A stretch of 63,097 bases of DNA, filler included, from Saprolegnia diclina VS20 (Eukaryota), in the NCBI RefSeq assembly GCF_000281045.1. It is 4 parts of 3 records of this genome, joined end to end, with 100 filler letters (N's around TTAATTAATTAA, not from the genome) between each part and the next. Parts side by side here need not be neighbours in the genome. Positions count along the whole stretch, not along the records: positions 49,213 to 63,097 come from NW_008246086.1; 3 more parts are not named here. One strand, 5' to 3'. The notes below the pieces were generated by a model. The model did not search any database, had not been told where the DNA came from, and worked only from the letters and a program-made list of their open reading frames with translations. Made by a program: the position numbers and the translations under genes. Shown here piece after piece: positions 60,813-63,097 of this stretch (positions are counted from its first letter, which is position 1; each line of letters opens with the position of its first letter).

Positions 60813-62187
60813 ATGAGCAACCGCAGCACCGCCGCCGCCGAGGCCATCTCGTTCCTGCATGACCTCCACCGCATGTGGGGCGCGGGCTCGATGGACTTTG
60901 CACCGGAAGACCCGGCGTACGTGGCCTTCCTGCGCCATGTGGCCATGGTCTGCTTCAGCATTGGCCTCGTCGCGTTCGCCCTCTTGCTGCTCATCGTAGC
61001 CCGGCGTATCTTCTTCGCTGCGCCAACGCGCTTCCGCCGACGTGCGCATCATGAGGCTTCGTTCGACGTCATGGCCGTCATCTTGCTGGGTATCACAGCG
61101 CTGAGCGCGCTCAGTGGCCTCCTCGCCGAGGCGCAGGTCGACTACAGCGTGCACAAGATCGCGCACAGCATGAAGAACGTGTCGCACACCTTCCATGAGA
61201 TCCAGGCCGTGACACAAGGCGTCGAGTACTCGGCCAGCGGCGTCCGAGCGACCGTCGACGACATGATTGTGGCGTTCAATAGCTCGTTGCCGCACGACGC
61301 CAACGACCTCGCGATCGAGGCCTTACGGTGCATGGCCTTTTATGTATGTTTATGCTCATAGACAATGCATTAGCATGGGCCACGCCGGGCAGGTGCTCTT
61401 GGAGCAAGGCCGCGCCCTCCCGAGCAATCTCTCATCCATGGCGTTCAACTGGGAAGCCGAGTACTTTTGGATGAAGTCGTCGACGAACGGGATCATCTTG
61501 ACCATGGCGCTCTCGTGCTTCCTCGCAATTGCGGCCATCGGATGGTCCATGTCGGGGTCGCTCCGCTTTGCGATCTTTCTCGTGCTCGTGATCATTCCGT
61601 CGTCGCATGCGCTCTTTGGCGTCTACTTGGCCAACTCGATCGAGGCCGCCGACTACTGCATCGCGCCAGCGCACAACACGCTCCGACTCTTCCGCAATGA
61701 CTCTGGCGTTGCGTACTTTGTCGAGTGTCCGCCAAACGCGACGCTGTACGCGCCGTCATGGGCGCAAATGAACGCCAGCCACGACCACGCGCTGGCGCTG
61801 GAGGCCACCTTAGCCGACTACGCCAAGTCGCTCCCGACGATGGACCGCGAGAAGCTCCAGAGCATGTACTTGGACCCGATCCACGAGCAGCTGGGGACTC
61901 TCTCGACGCTCCGCGCTCGCTTTGCGACCGTGTCGGCATGTGCGTCGACCAAGGCCCTGCACATGGACGTTGTCGACTCGTGGTGCACGTATGGCGTACT
62001 CGGTCTCCTCTCGCTCTGGCTCCATCAAGTGGTGCTCTGCGTGCTCCTCTTTATCAGCGCTGTTGCGCTCGTCGCTGTCTACGAAAACGTCCGCGCCAAG
62101 GAAGACCGCCTCGAGATGCAGTACCATCTCCTCTCGAGCTATGAAGACGAGAACCACGTCGAACACTTGTACATGACGCCCGAGTAG
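60813..62187 (+). CDS. Tweety-like multi-pass membrane protein, two exons
   Basis: Intron 61328-61361 gives 446 aa; FAPEDPAY before TM1, ADYCIAP, YFVEC, C...WCTYGVLGL; about five TM segments. Confidence 0.6.
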
Positions 62188-62706
62188 TTGGCGACCTCGT
62201 ATCTGCATGTCGTATATTTCTAATTGTTTGCTCACGTCGCTCGTGGTGTTGCCTGCTTGCAATGACCGCAGCGTTTTGAGAGAACCCCCAACGGATCATC
62301 CCACCCCGCCGTAAGCGGATATACTAGTGTAGGGCTAACATAATGCGGTCAGAAGCCGATCTATTAGGCCGCTGCAGGTGCACGATCGAGCCTTGAAGCA
62401 TACCTGCGGAACCTGGGACTCTAGAAGCCCCAGGGGGTAGCCTGCAGATCTCTGGCGAAGCGCACCGGCATGACGCAATATTCCGCGTGGTGGTAGCGCG
62501 GAAGAGTTGACGTCGGTCCAAAGTTGGCCCCGATCCACGATACCGGCACTTGATTGGCTGCTACGGTATCGCCAAGAGGCACGGGCAACGCCCAGATATG
62601 CCAGGCTTGGGCTGTGTACACCCCAACAATCTTGACGAACGCCCACGCAGCCTTGGATCGAACAATAGTGGTATCTTGATCAATCTATGTAGAGACAAAA
62701 GTTCGA

Positions 62707-62724
62707 GCTCATTTTGCACTTTGC
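62707..62724 (+). promoter_or_regulatory. INR+FPR core promoter element
   Basis: GCTCATTTTGCACTTTGC, about 64 nt before ATG 62788. Confidence 0.7.
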
Positions 62725-62787
62725 AACCCGAGAGCTCAACCAGTTCTTTGTCTGTCGTACGACTGTCCTCTTCTCGTCCTCTGTAAT

Positions 62788-63097
62788 ATGAAGCTCACCC
62801 GTGTCGCCGCTGTCGGCCTCCTCTTTATTGCTGCCCGCACGGCCGACGCTCAGTCGTCCGCCATTACGTCTGGTAGCACGTCCAACAACGCCGCGCCTGC
62901 CTCCGATACCTCCCCGACGTTTGTTGCGACATCCTCCGTGGAAACAAGCGGCAGCGCGTCCAAGACTGCGATTGAGCCAGAATCATCGGCTGGCTCGGTC
63001 AGCGATGCTACGCCTGCCCCGATCGAAGACGTCATCCAGGCCGTGATCGCCGCTGGTGCCACGCCCGAGCAGGTGCCACGCCCGAGCAGGCGACCAT
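62788..63097 (+). CDS. Secreted Ser/Thr/Ala-rich protein, partial (runs off the window)
   Basis: MKLTRVAAVGLLFIAARTADA-QSSAITSGSTS...: signal peptide followed by a mucin-like stretch. Confidence 0.75.
   Translation, partial: MKLTRVAAVGLLFIAARTADAQSSAITSGSTSNNAAPASDTSPTFVATSSVETSGSASKTAIEPESSAGSVSDATPAPIEDVIQAVIAAGATPEQVPRPSRRP

Noticed and set aside
63055..63090. 17-nt tandem duplication ggtgccacgcccgagca
   Set aside because: Frameshifting and at the extreme sequence end; most likely an assembly artefact

Overview
Eukaryotic, GC-rich, gene-dense DNA with very short GT-AG introns (about 34-55 nt) and oomycete-type INR/FPR core promoter motifs. The gene families point to a Saprolegnia-like water mould (inference). 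The window is four contigs joined by artificial 100-bp spacers (N44-TTAATTAATTAA-N44), so gene order across them is unverified. It holds about 28 genes or fragments: two tandem MFS transporters, a disrupted 2OG-Fe(II)-oxygenase-like gene, three tandem-ZZ zinc-finger paralogues (two intact, one pseudogene), three ankyrin genes, an F-box/SNF2/RING helicase, a fatty-acid-hydroxylase-family gene, three folate-biopterin transporter pieces, SPX-EXS, TMEM245-like, M13 and C1A proteases, NDUFA4/B12D, MORN, prolyl-4-hydroxylase-like, Eaf6-domain, LPAAT, a frameshifted GPH sugar transporter, a Tweety-like protein and a partial secreted protein. The best candidate for an undescribed system is the 6xZZ family with a shared short motif and hyper-acidic tails (11.6-19.1 kb). 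Several spliced genes are missing from the ORF track. No rRNA, tRNA, CRISPR array or intact transposon was recognised. Family assignments come from motif recognition, not database searches.
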